Notes under the pieces: model-generated
Told to the model about the DNA's origin: nothing
Databases searched by the model: none
Seen by the model: the letters and a program-made list of their open reading frames with translations, nothing else
Assembly (NCBI GenBank): GCA_951406725.2
Contig: OX597829.1
Coordinates: forward strand, 22,940,001-23,004,000
Direction: 5' to 3'
Source of the DNA: Octopus vulgaris
Taxonomy: Eukaryota
Length of the DNA: 64,000 bases
Shown here: positions 40,687 through 54,949 of the stretch, piece by piece
Numbering within the stretch: position 1 is the stretch's first letter
Layout: every line of letters starts with the position of its first letter
Made by a program: the position numbers and the translations under genes

Positions 40687-42209
40687 CAAGGATGGGCTAA
40701 AAAAATTCATTGGCTGATTATGAAGGAGTGATGCTAGAGCTGTGAAATCTTGCATGCATTAATTTCAACTCTTTTTATTAATAACTGCAATGTTATTGTT
40801 ATTGGATACAGGTTTAGCCAAGAGTGTGTTCATGTTCGGAAACAGATGATAGTCAGACTGGGACCAAATCGGGAGAATAGGGACGGTGATCAACCAGTTC
40901 AAAACCACAGCCATGCACAGCGGTCACTGAATCCAACGACTAGAATGATGAAACATTGTCATAATAAAGCAAAACTACTTTCGTCAGTTTTCCTGGCCGT
41001 TCGGTTTTTTGATAGCCTTTCGTAACTGCCTCAACAAGTTGGCATAGTACTCTCCATTGAGGGTGTGACTCTTCTGAAGATAGTCAGAAAACACAATACC
41101 TTTTACGTTATTGCTATTGGATATAGGTTCAGCCAAGAGTGTTTTCATGTCCGGAAACAGATGATAGTCAGGCTGGGACCAAATCGGGAGAATAGGGACG
41201 GTGATCAACCAGTTCAAAACCACAGTCATGCACAGCAGCTATTGAAACCAAGGACTTGTATGCTGGAGCATCGATCGTCTTGATGAAGTAAGACCACTTT
41301 CGTCAGTTTTCCAAGCCGTTTGGTCTTGATAGACTTTTGTAACTACCTCAGCAAGTTGGTATAGTACTCTTCATCGATGGTGTGACCCTTTTGAAGATAG
41401 TCAAAAAACACAATACCTTCTGCATCTCTACAAACAGGCCATCACCTTCCCTGCATACGAAACTTTGTTGGCCTTATATGGAGCAGGTCGGGAGGAGTGT
41501 TTCGACTGCATGGATTGTCTCTTTGTCTTCAGCTCAAAATGATAAAGCCAACACCCATCGTAGCTTAGAAAACACTCAAGGAAACCAGCTGGATCTGTCT
41601 GAAATAATGTCAGCTTTTCTCGTGATGTGATCAACGTGGTACGCTTTTGATCAGGAGTTAGAATACGTGGCTCCAACCGAGCAGAAACCGTCGTCATGCC
41701 AAGTTCATTGTGCACAATATTCTCAACTTTCTCACGTTACATGCTAACAACATTGGGTTTTTCATTTATAGTCAATCGCCTGTCATCCATCACAATGTGG
41801 TGAACATGATCAATGTATTCCTCGGTGATGACAATTTCAGAACATCCAGAACTTAAATCACCTTCAAGACTCACTTCTCTTCTTAAATTCATCTGTCTAC
41901 TTTTGCACTGTTGATAAAGCTAGAGCGTTATCCCTTAATGCAGAAACCATGTCAGCATGAATACCCTTGGGAGCTAAGCCGTTCTTCTTCAATTACTTGA
42001 TGACGCTTCGATGCCAAATTTTGACTATTTTCGAGAGAAATGGCTACTAGTTATTTTTGAAATCTTCTTTGAACAGTTGCATGTCAGTTTACCTGGAAAG
42101 AAACAATGCAGTTATTAATTAGAAGGGTTGATATTAATGTACACAAAATTTCACAGCTCTAGCATAGCTTCTTCACAGGCAGTCTATGAACGTTTCAAAG
42201 CCGCCTTCG
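40687..42209 (-). mobile_element. Decayed, rearranged mariner (DD34D) element
   Basis: Minus-strand remnants VSARLEPRILTPDQK, GIVFSDYLQK..TLNGEYYANLL and YSPDLVP.DYHLF. About 110 bp of inverted terminal homology. Same family as 50687-51929. Confidence 0.85.
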
Positions 42210-42420
42210 TTCTAACATACGTACACAAATACATACAATTGTAACTGAAAGTGGAGCGAATGCTTCTGTTGTTGTTAATACTTGAATGAGAATATTCTAA
42301 AATGGAAGTTTATCTGTGTTTCTCTTTATTTTGACCCTCAATCCACTGTCATTTCTTCTGCAAAAATCCACTGGCTATGTGCTAATACTTGCAACAGATG
42401 CACGCATTAATATAACCCGT

Positions 42421-42744
42421 TGTGAGGGCGCGTGGCTTAGTGGTTAGGGCATTCGGCTCATGATCGTAAGGTTGTGAGTTCGATTCCCGGCGACGCGTTG
42501 TGTCCTTGAGCAAGACACTTTATTTCACGTTGCTCCAGTCCACTCAGCTGGCAAAAATGAGTTGTACTTGTATTTCAAAGGGTTAGCCTTGTCACTCTCT
42601 GTGTCACGCTGATTATCCCCGAGAACTACGTTAAGGGTACACGTGTCTGTGGAATGCTCAGCCATTTGCACGTTAATTTCACGAGCAAGCTGTTCCATTG
42701 ATCGTATCAGCTGGGACCCTCGTCGTCGTAACCGGCGGAGTCTT
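42421..42744 (+). mobile_element. SINE family C with TSD
   Basis: tRNA-like head and a 14-bp TSD ttaatataacccgt (42407-42420, 42745-42758). Confidence 0.9.
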
Positions 42745-43445
42745 TTAATATAACCCGTAATTTCTTCGTGGACGATCGAAAGATCTTTGTCCGAAATATT
42801 AAACGCCAAAATACATCTGGATTTATCTACATTTTCTGCTGACTAAGGAGTGGTATTTGACCAACAGAAATAATCATATTTAACAACTGAATGTTGGAAA
42901 AGTAACCCTCAGATCCTAATTATCTGTATCAAGGCAGGCATTCTCAGCCAGTTCTCTTCTGCAAAATGAGTGTTACAAAGACCTGAAAATACATCATACA
43001 AAAATTCTATGAATAAACACAGATTAACCGAAGAATATTATACCATAAAAAGATGTAGCAGTCAGTGCTCTCTTTTACACCAAGAGACAATACCTTCAAA
43101 TCCTTTCAAGTACCCGTACTAATATCTATTACAAATTTTGGCCCAAGACCAGCAATTTCGGGCGGATGGGGGGGATATAAGTTGATTACATCGATCCCAG
43201 TACTCAACTGGTACTTATTTTTTCGATCCCGAAAGGAGGAAAGGTAAAGTCGACCTCGGCGGAATTTGAACTCAAAACGTGATGAGCAAAATGCCTTTTG
43301 GGGGTCGACAAAATAAGTACCAGCTGATCTCTGGGGGTCGATGTTATCCATATATAGGGACAACTGCTTAGAGCTCTAATCATAAATTTACATTCGTACC
43401 AATTATCATTGTGCACTTGGTTATGCTTGTGAATGCCTAAGGCTA

Positions 43446-43595
<150 letters not shown>

Positions 43596-43613
43596 CCTAC
43601 CTATCTACCTATC

Positions 43614-43715
<102 letters not shown>

Positions 43716-43806
43716 GTCTGTCTATTTATCTACCTGTGTGTCTGTGTGTGTGTCTGTCAGTCTATTTATCTCTCTCTATCTTCCTTTCTTTCTCTGTCTG
43801 TCTGTC

Positions 43807-43872
<66 letters not shown>

Positions 43873-44285
43873 CACGCACATGACGGGTTTCTTTCAGTTT
43901 CCGTCTACCAAATCCACTCAGAAGGCTTTGGTCGGTCCGAGACTATAGTAGAAGACACTTGTTCAAGGTGCCACGCAGTAAGGCTGAACCTAGAACCATA
44001 CCGTTTGGGAAGCAAACTTCTTTTACACAACCATGCCTGCGCCTGCGCAATGAAAAGGGCTACAATTAAAGATAACTTGAATTGGCTAATGTATCCAGAG
44101 ATGGTGTTTCGGTAGGTTATTTGCAGGCATAGACGACGGGGCGGCTGGTAATGTTGGGTATAATATATTTTTCGGAGCGGAAGCAGATTACAGAGGTTCA
44201 TGATGTGGAAAAGAATAAGTTGATGATTTGGGGAAGAATTTGTGAGGAAGAAATGAGTTGAGAGAAATAGGCTACTGGAGGATAA

Positions 44286-44613
44286 TTCAAGACTCCGCCG
44301 GTTCCGACGACGAGGGTTCCGGTTGATCCGAATCAACGGAACAGCTTGCTCGTGAAATTAACGTGCAAATGGCTGAGCATTCCACAGACACGTGTACCCT
44401 TAACGTAGTTCTCAGGGGATAATCAGCGTGACACAGAGAGTGACAAGGCTGACCCTTTGAAATACAAGTACAACTCATTTTTGCCAGCTAAGTGGACTGG
44501 AGCAACGTGAAATAAAGTGTCTTGCTCAAGGACACAACGCGTCGCCGGGAATCGAACTCACAACCTTACGATCATGAGCCGAATGCCCTAACCACTAAGC
44601 CACGCGCCCTCAC
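44286..44613 (-). mobile_element. SINE family C with TSD
   Basis: Near-identical reverse complement of 42421-42744. 12-bp TSD actggaggataa (44274-44285, 44614-44625). Confidence 0.9.
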
Positions 44614-44699
44614 ACTGGAGGATAACACTCTCATCCACAATCAATAACTTATCTCTCCCATAGTTCATTACTTCATTATTCCTTCTTCGTTCTCACACA

Positions 44700-45000
44700 G
44701 TTACCATCAACATTATCGTTCATGCATCTCATAGCTCCGTCGTGTATTTCCGTTTTAACAGCTATCCTTTTATTCATAACTTCACTATTTTGGGTGATCA
44801 CCGGTTTATTTCTAAAGTCGTCCACGGCATCTTTCCTACTAATGTCATTTACTGAATAAATTCCCTATCTAGAGACACCTCGTATATAGTGAAACATGCT
44901 TTTGCATATCGATGAGATTATGTGTATTGGCGAAACAGGCTGAAAACTAGTAGATCAATTCAGAGAACATTTGCTTCATGTGCGATGTAGCAATTCTGGA
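44700..45000 (+). mobile_element. Old, decayed Penelope-like GIY-YIG fragment
   Basis: Remnants TNVIY* and CIGETG*KLVDQFREHL. A minus-strand RT-like remnant (SRPVVYACK*PTET) lies at about 44080-44270. Confidence 0.55.
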
Positions 45001-45257
45001 TGCTTTAAATCTGTTATGCAGGATTTCAGCACTGCAATACTGCAATCTATTCTAGTGCAATCTTTGTTGTGACGTATATCTGCTCCCGTGCTTTTGGTGC
45101 GGTGCCACCATCCAGACTTCTTCGTGAATAACGACTGATTTTTCCCCGTTGTCAGAATGCTCTCTCTCCTTCTCTGTCTCTCTGTCTCTCTCTCTCTCTG
45201 TCTCTCTCTCTCTCTGGAATAAACAGTCAATTACTGTTCCCTTCTCCTTTCACTTTT

Positions 45258-45295
<38 letters not shown>

Positions 45296-45483
45296 CACAC
45301 ACGCGCACACACTGACACACACACACACCGACACACACCACACACACACACAACACACATACTACACACACCTGTACATATTTTGGGTTCATATACGATG
45401 GTCAACATGCGCCAACTACTGTTTGCTCCTCTTTCATCTTGGATATACCGGAATTTCCACTACCACCACCATCATCCACTCCT

Positions 45484-45547
<64 letters not shown>

Positions 45548-45550
<3 letters not shown>

Positions 45551-45701
45551 AGAGTTTACGAAAAAAACAAAAGACGAAGACAGGTGGTGTACAAAACAAG
45601 CAGATGTATTAGTATAACGCTCAGGAATAGAAAAAGTCTTTTACGTTTCGAGCCTACGCTCTTCTACAGAAAGGGACACAGAAAAACAAGGAGAGAAACA
45701 A

Positions 45702-45705
<4 letters not shown>
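45548..45705 (-). mobile_element. Hammerhead-motif cassette family H2 between (TA)n tracts
   Basis: Minus-strand motif cttt-CTGTAGA-a-gagc-gtag-gctc-GAAA-cg-TA-aaag at 45638-45673. A truncated sibling lies at 46010-46120. Confidence 0.6.
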
Positions 45706-45733
<28 letters not shown>

Positions 45734-45736
<3 letters not shown>

Positions 45737-45909
45737 TTGAATAAAGTTAAAACGGTCCGGTTTTCACGTTTTTTATTATGGTATTTTAACATAAACAATA
45801 TATTTTGTAATGCTCATAAAGTTAAATTAGCACTTTCATATTTTTTAAATATTAAAATACCATAATAAAAAACGTGAAAACCAGACCCTCATTTAACTTT
45901 ATTCAACTG
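45734..45909. mobile_element. Tc1/mariner-like MITE with about 55-bp TIRs in (TA)n
   Basis: agttgaataaagttaaa...ggttttcacgttttttattatggtattttaa pairs with ttaaaataccataataaaaaacgtgaaaacc...tttaactttattcaact. Confidence 0.7.
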
Positions 45910-45942
45910 ATATATTTTTCTATACACATTCACATAAATTCG

Positions 45943-46011
<69 letters not shown>

Positions 46012-46251
46012 AAATTTACAGAAAAACAAAAGACGAAAACGGGTGTATGAACAAGTAGGTGTATTAGTTTGACGCTCGGGAAAGTGAGAAAGTTTTTTAC
46101 GTTTCGAGCCTACGCTCTTCATATCTTTGGCATTTAAACCATCTATATCCAGCCTAAATATTCTACCTGCTTTATGTTCAATCTACTTACCCTACAATGT
46201 CTTCCTGAAAATAAACGACCGCATCATCAAAATAACAAAGCAACAAGATAA

Positions 46252-46650
46252 TCTTTTCTACTCTTGGCATAAGGCCCGAAGTTTTTGGGGGGAGTGTGGC
46301 AGTCGATTAGATCGACCCCAATACGCCAATGGTACTTAATTTATCGATCCTGAAAGGATGAAAGGCAAAGTCGACCTCGGCGGAATTTCAACTCGGAATG
46401 TAAAGACAGACGAAATACCTATTTCTTTACTACCCACAAGGGGCTAAACAGAGGGGACAAGCAATGACAGACAAACGGATTAAGTCGATTACATCGACCC
46501 CAGTGCGCAACTGGTACTTAATTTATCGACCCCGAATGGATGAAAGGCAAAGTCGACCTCGGCGGAATTTAAACTCAGAACGTAGCGGCAGACGAAATAC
46601 CGCTAGGCATTTCGCCCGACGTCCTAACGATCCTGCCACCTCGTCGCCTT
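46252..46650 (-). mobile_element. SINE family B with a duplicated body
   Basis: Homology to family B. Confidence 0.85.
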
Positions 46651-46918
46651 TCAAAGTAACAAAATGATTAATTCAAAACAAGGTGAATAAATAACCATTA
46701 TATTTGACAGTGTAATCTGAATGTTAGAGGGTTAAGTCGAACGAATCGACCCCAGAATTTAATTTGTTTATATGTCTGATGCTTACTTATTCTATCAGTC
46801 TCTTACCGAGCTGTTACGCTACGAGAATGCAAACAACCCAACACCGGTTGTCAAAACCTGCCCAGGTGCATGTATGTGAGTGTGCGCGTAACGACAAGCT
46901 CAGACATTTTTTTATATA

Positions 46919-48571
46919 GGCGTAGGAGTGGCTGTGTGGTAAGTAGCTTGCTTACAAACCACACGGTTCCGGGTTCAGTCCCACTGCGTGGCACCTTGGG
47001 TAAGTGTCTTCTACTATAGTCTCAAGTCAACCAAATCCTTGTGAGTGGATTTGGCAGACGGAAACTGAAAGAAGCCCGTCGTATATATGTATATATAAGT
47101 GTGTGTATGTATGTGTTTGTGTGTCTGTGTTTGTTCCCCTAACATCGCATGACTACCGATGCTGGTGTATTTACGTCCCCGTAACTTAGCGGTTCGGCAA
47201 AAGAGATCCGACAGAATAAGTACTAGGTTTCCAAAGAATAAGTCCTAGGGTTGATTTGCTCGACTGAAGGCGGTGTTCCAGTAGTCCACAGTCAAATGAC
47301 TGAAAAAAGTAAAAGAGTAAGTCTAATACTTATTCTATCGATCTTTTGCTGAGCTGCTATTTTATGGGAATGTAAACAAACCAACACCAGTTGCCAAACT
47401 CGCGTGTGTAAGTGTGCGTGTAAGGACAAGCATCGAGACAAAGAACACACACACACACACACATACACATTCACGCACACACACGCATTCACGCACACAC
47501 AAATATGCGACTGGTTAACAAATTCGCCTGAAAGCTTTGGCCAACTTGGTGCTATAGTAGAAGATACTTGCTTAAGGTACCGTTTAGCGGGACCGAATCC
47601 GAAACCACGCAGTTTGTAAAGCGAGATTCTTAACCACTGAGCCATACTCGTGCCTATACACAAGAATTTTTACCTTCAATTTCCGTCTTTCTTAATCTTG
47701 TTCTCGTCCCTGCTATGAAAAGAGAACTATGAGAGAAACAGAGATAATAATGTTCTTTTCCAGAACGACTTCATGTACATTGGTTTTATTGGAAGTACCT
47801 ATCCCGAGGATATATTTTATTGGGGTACCTATACCGAAAAATATCCTTTCTCTATACCACGTGGAGATAGATTGGGCCCGAAAACTGAGACTACGCGAAC
47901 CGATGGTAGCTCAAATGATAAGATGACTCATATTGCTTTATAAATACAAAAAAAAAAAAAAAAATTTTTTATCACTCTCCGCCCCGCTATTAAATATTAC
48001 ATGTGCTATGATATTGATCATGTTATTTATCATGCATGATATCGTATGAGTATGTGTGTTTTGTGTGTGTATCTATCTGACTGTCGGTATGAATATATTC
48101 TGTTATTCTCTTACTCATTTACTTGTTTCAGTCATTTGACTGAGGCCATGCTGGAGCACCGCCTTTTAGTCGAACAAAACGACTCCAGGACTTATTCTTT
48201 GTAAGCCTAGTACTTATTCTATTGGTCTCTATTGCAGAACCGCTAAGTTACGGGGACGTAAACACACCATCATCGGTTGTCAAGCGATGTTGGCCGGGGG
48301 TGGGGGGGTGACAAACACAGACACACAAACACACACACATATATAAACAAATACATATATACGACGGGCTTCTTTCAGTTTCCGTCTACTAAATCCACTT
48401 ACAAGTCTTTGGTCGGCCCGAGACTATCTGTATATACAGATGCGCAGGCGTGCCCTGTGTGGTAAGAAGCTTGCTTCCCAACCACTAGGTTCCGGGTTCA
48501 ATCCCACTGCATGGCACCTTGGGGAAGTGTCTTCTAATATAGTCTCGGGCCGACCTAAGAAGCCCCTCGTA

Positions 48572-48639
<68 letters not shown>

Positions 48640-48681
48640 TGTGTTTGTCCCCCCCCACCATCGCTTGACAACCGATGTTGG

Positions 48682-48682
<1 letters not shown>
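46919..48682. mobile_element. Family A SINE cluster: 46919-47320 (+), 47322-47655 (-), 48107-48425 (-), 48441-48682 (+)
   Basis: Homology to family A. The copies form two adjacent inverted pairs. Confidence 0.8.
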
Positions 48683-48716
<34 letters not shown>

Positions 48717-48766
48717 ATATATACATATATATACGTGTGTCTATGTCTGCATGTGTATGTGGGGAT

Positions 48767-48805
<39 letters not shown>

Positions 48806-48824
48806 GCAGACTGATAGACAGACT

Positions 48825-48859
<35 letters not shown>

Positions 48860-49268
48860 GGATGGATGATGGATGGATGGATGGATGGATGGATGGATGG
48901 ATGGATGGATGTGCTTCCACACTGGCGGGAATTGTAATCAAGCGGGAAAAGTACTCATTGTAAACTTGAATAATATTATTTATCCAAAACTGAGTCTATG
49001 TGAGTCACGAGTCGGACTCTCTTGTTCCCATTCCTCTACATAAATCTAACTCTCTCTCTCTCTCTTTCTCTCTTTCTTGCTTTCTTTCACTGTTTCCCTC
49101 TCCTCTCTCTTCTCTTCTTCTCTCTCTTTATATATATATACTCATATATATTTATATGTGTTTGCATGACTGTCTGTGTGTCAGTGTCTGAATACATCCA
49201 TATACATATATACATATATATATATATATATGTATGTATATATATATGTATGTATATATATATGTACA

Positions 49269-49331
<63 letters not shown>

Positions 49332-49747
49332 GTATATATATATGAATATATATATATATTTATATATTTACATATATATATTCACACACACAGACATATA
49401 TGTATACATATGTACATGCACACAAACACAGACTTATAAATATGTAAGTATGTATGTATATGTGTATGTATACATGCTTATTAATGCATGTATATGCGTG
49501 TGTCTGTGTGTGTGTACACTACAGACACGCGCGCGCGCACACAAAATGAAAACAATGACTTTCGGCGGCGTCTCCCCCACCCCACCCACGCCACTTCCTC
49601 TTCCCTTCCCACTCCGCAACTCCAACGTAGGTTTATTCTGGTGCACAGTCGTGTCTTCTCCGCCTTGCAGCTTTCTGCAATCACGTGACCTCATGTTTGA
49701 TAATTACTTCTCATTTTACACGCACGCATGCGCGTGCACACATACAT

Positions 49748-49778
<31 letters not shown>

Positions 49779-49779
49779 T

Positions 49780-49922
<143 letters not shown>

Positions 49923-50686
49923 TACATGCTGCTCAGATACAATTTCGTAATGAATTTACTTTGTACTTTCCATTCTTTTTTCCTTCGTTTTACTTAGGTC
50001 GTATCTTATGACAAGACACGACGAGAATAACCACAAACAGAACAAAGGAACTGCAATGGCGGCCTGAAAATCACAAAGCTTTCCACAAAACCGGTTAGAT
50101 AATCCCAGACTTAGATAATTTTTTTACTATTTGTCTTAACTCGTTATTGTCTCTTATTTATTTTTCATAAGCCGGGGATGATATATCATTGTTATCACTT
50201 AAAATTTTTTATTATTTTTTCATTATTATTATTATCATTTTATTTATTTTTATTATTATTATTTTTGTTATTATTTTATTTATTATTATTTTTTAGTATT
50301 TGTTTTAACTTGTTATTGTCTATATTTACTTTTGATAAGCCAAGAATGATATATCATTGTTATCACTTGAAATTTTTTGTTTGTCCTTTTAGTTATTTAC
50401 TTATTTATTTTTTTGCTTTTCCATACAAAGAGGTTGGCAAAGATGTTTTGTGGCTCTGTAGTTATGGTACTTTGCGTCCTGAGTTCAAATGTCGCCCAAG
50501 TAACCAATTACTGATTTTTGCAGCTCATTTTTCTGGAGTGGAAACACTAGGGTACATTTACTATACCGATAAAATATCCTAGATGTAAGTGGTATTATAA
50601 CAGAAAAACTAAGACTAACTTTAACCTATATCTTCCTGGAGGGTTGGGAAAGGGTTGATAAAATAAAGTACCAGTGAAATACCATA

Positions 50687-51929
50687 TGAAATTGGGCTGG
50701 TAAGTTCATTAGCCGACCCTGAAGGAGTGATGCTAGAGCTGTGAAATCTTGCATGCATTAATTTCAAAATTTCTTATTAATAATTTCATTGTTTCTTTTC
50801 AGGTAACCTGATAAATGAGTGTTGAAGAGAAGATTGCAAGGGTAACTAGTAGCGACTTCTCTTGAAAATGGTCAAAATTTGGCATCATCGTGTGATTAAG
50901 TATTTGAAGAACAACGGTTTCGCCTCCAAGGACATTCATGCTGACATGGTTTTTATATTAAGGGATGATGCTCAACAGTACAAAAGTGGGCAGATGAATT
51001 TAGGAGAGGAAGGGAGAGTTTTGAAGAAGACATACCCTGAAACTGCCACCCACGAGGAAATTATTGATCGTGTTCACCACATGGTGATAAACAATAGATG
51101 ATCGAACATAAATCCAATAGTTAATACTATTAGCATATCCCGTGAAAGAGTTCAGAATATTGTGCACGATGAGGGTTTCTTCTTGTTAGGTGCCGCGTCT
51201 TCTGATACCTGATCAAAAGCGCACAAGGCTGATCACTTCATGGGAAAATCTGATATTATTTCAGGTAGATCCAGCTGGTTTCCTTGGACGTTTCCTAACC
51301 CAAGATGAGTGTTGGGTTCGTCATTTTGAGCCAGAGACAAAGAGACTATCCATGCAGTCGAAACAATCCTCCTCACCTGCTCCAAAGAAGGCGAAGGTAG
51401 TTTCATCTGCAGGGAAGATGATGGCCTCAGTTTTTTGGAAGGCAAAAGGTTTTGTGTTTTCTGACTCTCTTCAGAATGGTCACACCCTCAATGGAGAGTA
51501 CTATGCCAACTTGTTGAGGCAGTTACGAAAGGCTATCAAAGACCGAACGGCCAGGAAAACTGACGAAGGTGGTTTTGTTTTATCATGACAATGTTCCATC
51601 AGTCAAGTCGTTGGTTTCAGTGACCGCTGTGCATGGCTGTGGCTTTGAATTGGTTGATTACCCTCCCTCTTCTTCTGATTTGACCCCATCTGACTATCAT
51701 CTGTTCCTGAACATGAAAAAAACCCTTCGCTACGAAGTAGTATCACATTGATGATGATTTCATGTCTGCTGTTGATTATTTGTTTGAGTAGTAAGATGAA
51801 AGCTTTTTCAGCACCGATGGAAGAAGCGAGTGGACCACAAGGTGAAGATATGTTGAAAAAGAAACCTTATTTGATCACATTCCATGTGAGTGTCTTGGTT
51901 GGCTTATGAATTTTTCAGCCGACTCTCCT
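50687..51929 (+). mobile_element. Full-length decayed mariner (DD34D) element
   Basis: About 30-bp imperfect TIRs in TA context. Frameshifted transposase with VPRLL, TQDECWV, HDN and PPSSSDLTPSDYHLF (YSPDLAPSD-like). Confidence 0.88.
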
Positions 51930-52005
51930 TAAACATGCTAGATGTGAATGGAGTTATAAAAGAAAACTAAAACTGACTTTAACTTTTATTCTTCTGAGGT
52001 TGTTA

Positions 52006-52234
52006 GGCGTGGCTGTGTGGTAAGAAGCTTGCTTCCCAACCACATGGATCCGAGTTCAGTCCCACTGCGTGGAACTTTGAGCAAGTGTCTTCTACAATAT
52101 CGTCGGGCCAACCAAAGCCTTGTGAGTGGATTTGGTAGACGGAAACTGTAAGAAGTCCGTCGTATGTGTGTGTGTGTGTGTATGTGTGTGTATATTTGCA
52201 TATATGTATACATATATATATATATGTATATATG

Positions 52235-52301
<67 letters not shown>

Positions 52302-52526
52302 TGTCTTTGTGTCTGTGCTTGTCCCCACTCATCATTGCTTGACAACCGACGTTGGTGCGTTTAGACTCCGTAACTTAGCGGTTCGGCAGAAGAAACCGAC
52401 AAAATAATACTTACGCTTACAAAGAATAAGTCCTTGGGGTCGATATCTTCGACCAAAACCCTTCAAGGCGGTGCTCCAGCATGGCCGCAGTCAAATGACT
52501 GGAACAAGTAAAAGAAATAAAAGAAA
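52006..52526 (+). mobile_element. SINE family A
   Basis: Homology to family A. Confidence 0.85.
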
Positions 52527-52992
52527 TACCAGCTAAATACTAGGGAAAATTTAATATTTTTATAAACCCCCTTCCCCACCCTTTTCCCCAGTTGTGAATA
52601 GAATTATATTAGAAAACTAAGACCAATGTTTCACCGTTCTGGTTTTGATAAAATATGTTACAAGTTATATACCGGATGTAATAGATTCGGTCACTTCTCC
52701 TATATGCATGACTTTTTCCAAAATGGCTGCTAAACTATCTGGAGGTGATAGAATGGTTACAGCGCCGAAAAGAAAAAAAAAATGCCTTGCAGTATTTGTT
52801 TTCTTTCAGCTGTTTCTTCTGTGAGTTCAAATCCTACCAGAGTCAGTTTAATTGTTTCTTTCCTCCAGGGTTTCATAGAATAAAGTACAAGTCAAGAAAT
52901 GGGGTCGTAGGGTTCGATTAACTTCCTCTCCTCAAAAATTGCTAATCTTCTGTCTAAAATTAGAAACCATTGTTGTTGTCGTTGTTGTTGTC

Positions 52993-53025
<33 letters not shown>

Positions 53026-53133
53026 GTTGTTCTTCTTCTTCTTCTTCTTCTTCTTCTTCTTCTTCTCCTCCTCCTCCTCCTCTTTACCATAAAACCACCA
53101 CCACCACCACCACCACCACCACCACCACTACTA

Positions 53134-53201
<68 letters not shown>

Positions 53202-53657
53202 TTTTCTTCTTGCTGTTATTGCTGTGTTGTTTTCCCTTGCTGCTATATGTTGTGGGCACACACCATTCCACATTTATCGCTTAGAAGCCATTTTCTTCCT
53301 AGACTAACTTACCAAACGAAAGTCTTCCCTTTTATTTTTGACAGTAAAGTGTTTCGGAAACATTTGAATTCCTCCTATTATCCTGGAGCAATATAAATAA
53401 ATAAATAAATAAATAAATAAAAGTGGTCTGAGGGCAAAGCTTCAAAAGAGGCTTTGTTCTCTGATATTACATTGTATAAAATATTTTTGCCAATCATCCA
53501 TCTTGTTTTGTTAATTAGTTTTTCAATAAGGCCACCACCGTAGAAACTGGAGAATGTGTTAGCTGCAAAGGTGATAGCATCGAATATGCCTCGAGAATTT
53601 TTGAAAACACAAAAATGGATTCAGCAAAAAATAATCAGAAAACATAAATGGCAAAGA

Positions 53658-53970
53658 AGGCGCATGGCTCAGTGGTTAGTGTCGGTCTCACAATCATGGG
53701 GTAATGAGTTCGATTCTCAGACTGGGTTGTGTGTTATGTTCTTGAGCAAGACACTTTATTTCATGTTGCTCTACTTCACTCAGCTGTGCCAAACTGTATC
53801 AGCCTCTGCCTTTCCCTTGGATAATATCATTGGTGTGGAGAGGAGGGGAGACTAGTATGCATGGGTAACTGCTGGTCTTCCACAAACAACCTTGCCTGGA
53901 CTTGTGTCTCGGAGAGGAACTTTCTAGGTACAATCCCATGATCATTCATGACCGAAGTGGAGTCTTTTCT
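53658..53970 (+). mobile_element. SINE family C
   Basis: tRNA-like head. The tail is homologous to 2625-2955. Confidence 0.8.
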
Positions 53971-54949
53971 CCTTTAATCTTTACCAGTCATAAATTTTAC
54001 AAGCGGAAACATAAATGTGTACAACATTAAAAATTTTACAACTAATAACTGCAACAATAATCCTTTCTACTATAGGCACAAGGCCAGCAATTTTGAGGAC
54101 GTAGGCCAGTCGATTACACCGATCCGAGTGCTCAATTGGTACTTATTTCATTGACACCGAAAAAGTCGACTTCGACGGCATTTGAACTCAGAATGTAAAG
54201 ACGGGCGAAATGCCGGTAAACAGCTTGCTCGGCGCGCTAACGATTCTGCCAGCTCGCCACCTATGAACAGTAACAATAATAGAGATTTCATATTTTGGCA
54301 TTAGGCCAGCAGTTTCGGAGTGGGGCGGATAAGTCGATTTCATCGTCTCTTGTACTCAACTGGTAGTTATTATTTTATCGACTCCAAAACGATGAAAGGC
54401 AAAGTTGACCTTGGCGGATTTTGAACTCAGAACGTAAAGACGGACGAAATACCGCTAAGCATTTTACCCAGCGTGTTAACGATTCTGCCAGTTCAACGCC
54501 AACGTAGCTTTTGCAAGCGTTGCAAGCCAAAAGGAAATAAGGAGCATTGGATAATTGCTGACAAAAAAGAAGTGTGGAAAGGTTATGACACAAAAGAGCC
54601 ACCTTGTCCAAAGAATTTATCCAGGTAAGAGCAATGAAAGAAATGATGTAACGTTAGCAGAAAATGAAGAGGCTTTCATATTTCTTGGAAGGAGGAAGTA
54701 ATGGGATCGTTGGGTGATGCATGGTTGGATTTGTGCGCTATCAACTGAAGTAGAACATATGGTAGTACGTACCTGGTGTTTAAGGTTGAAAATAGAACTG
54801 AGGAGGTAGGTTGAATTGGTGTACCACATGACTTCCACCACGTGGTGCAACGGTAAATAAGCAAACAAATAACGTTACGGCAAGAGACTACGGTCTCAGT
54901 GTGTTATCACCTTTGAAGCACGGGGAAATTGGTGCATGTGAAGAATTAC

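Noticed and set aside
42421-42495. tRNA gene candidates (also the heads at 2628, 29900, 32417 and 53660)
   Set aside because: The tRNA-like heads run directly into SINE bodies, some with TSDs, and lack a proper acceptor stem and terminator.
50120-50378. About 90-bp direct repeat separated by (TTA)n (similar small duplications at 5690-5845 and 30720-30880)
   Set aside because: Ordinary local tandem duplications with no further structure.
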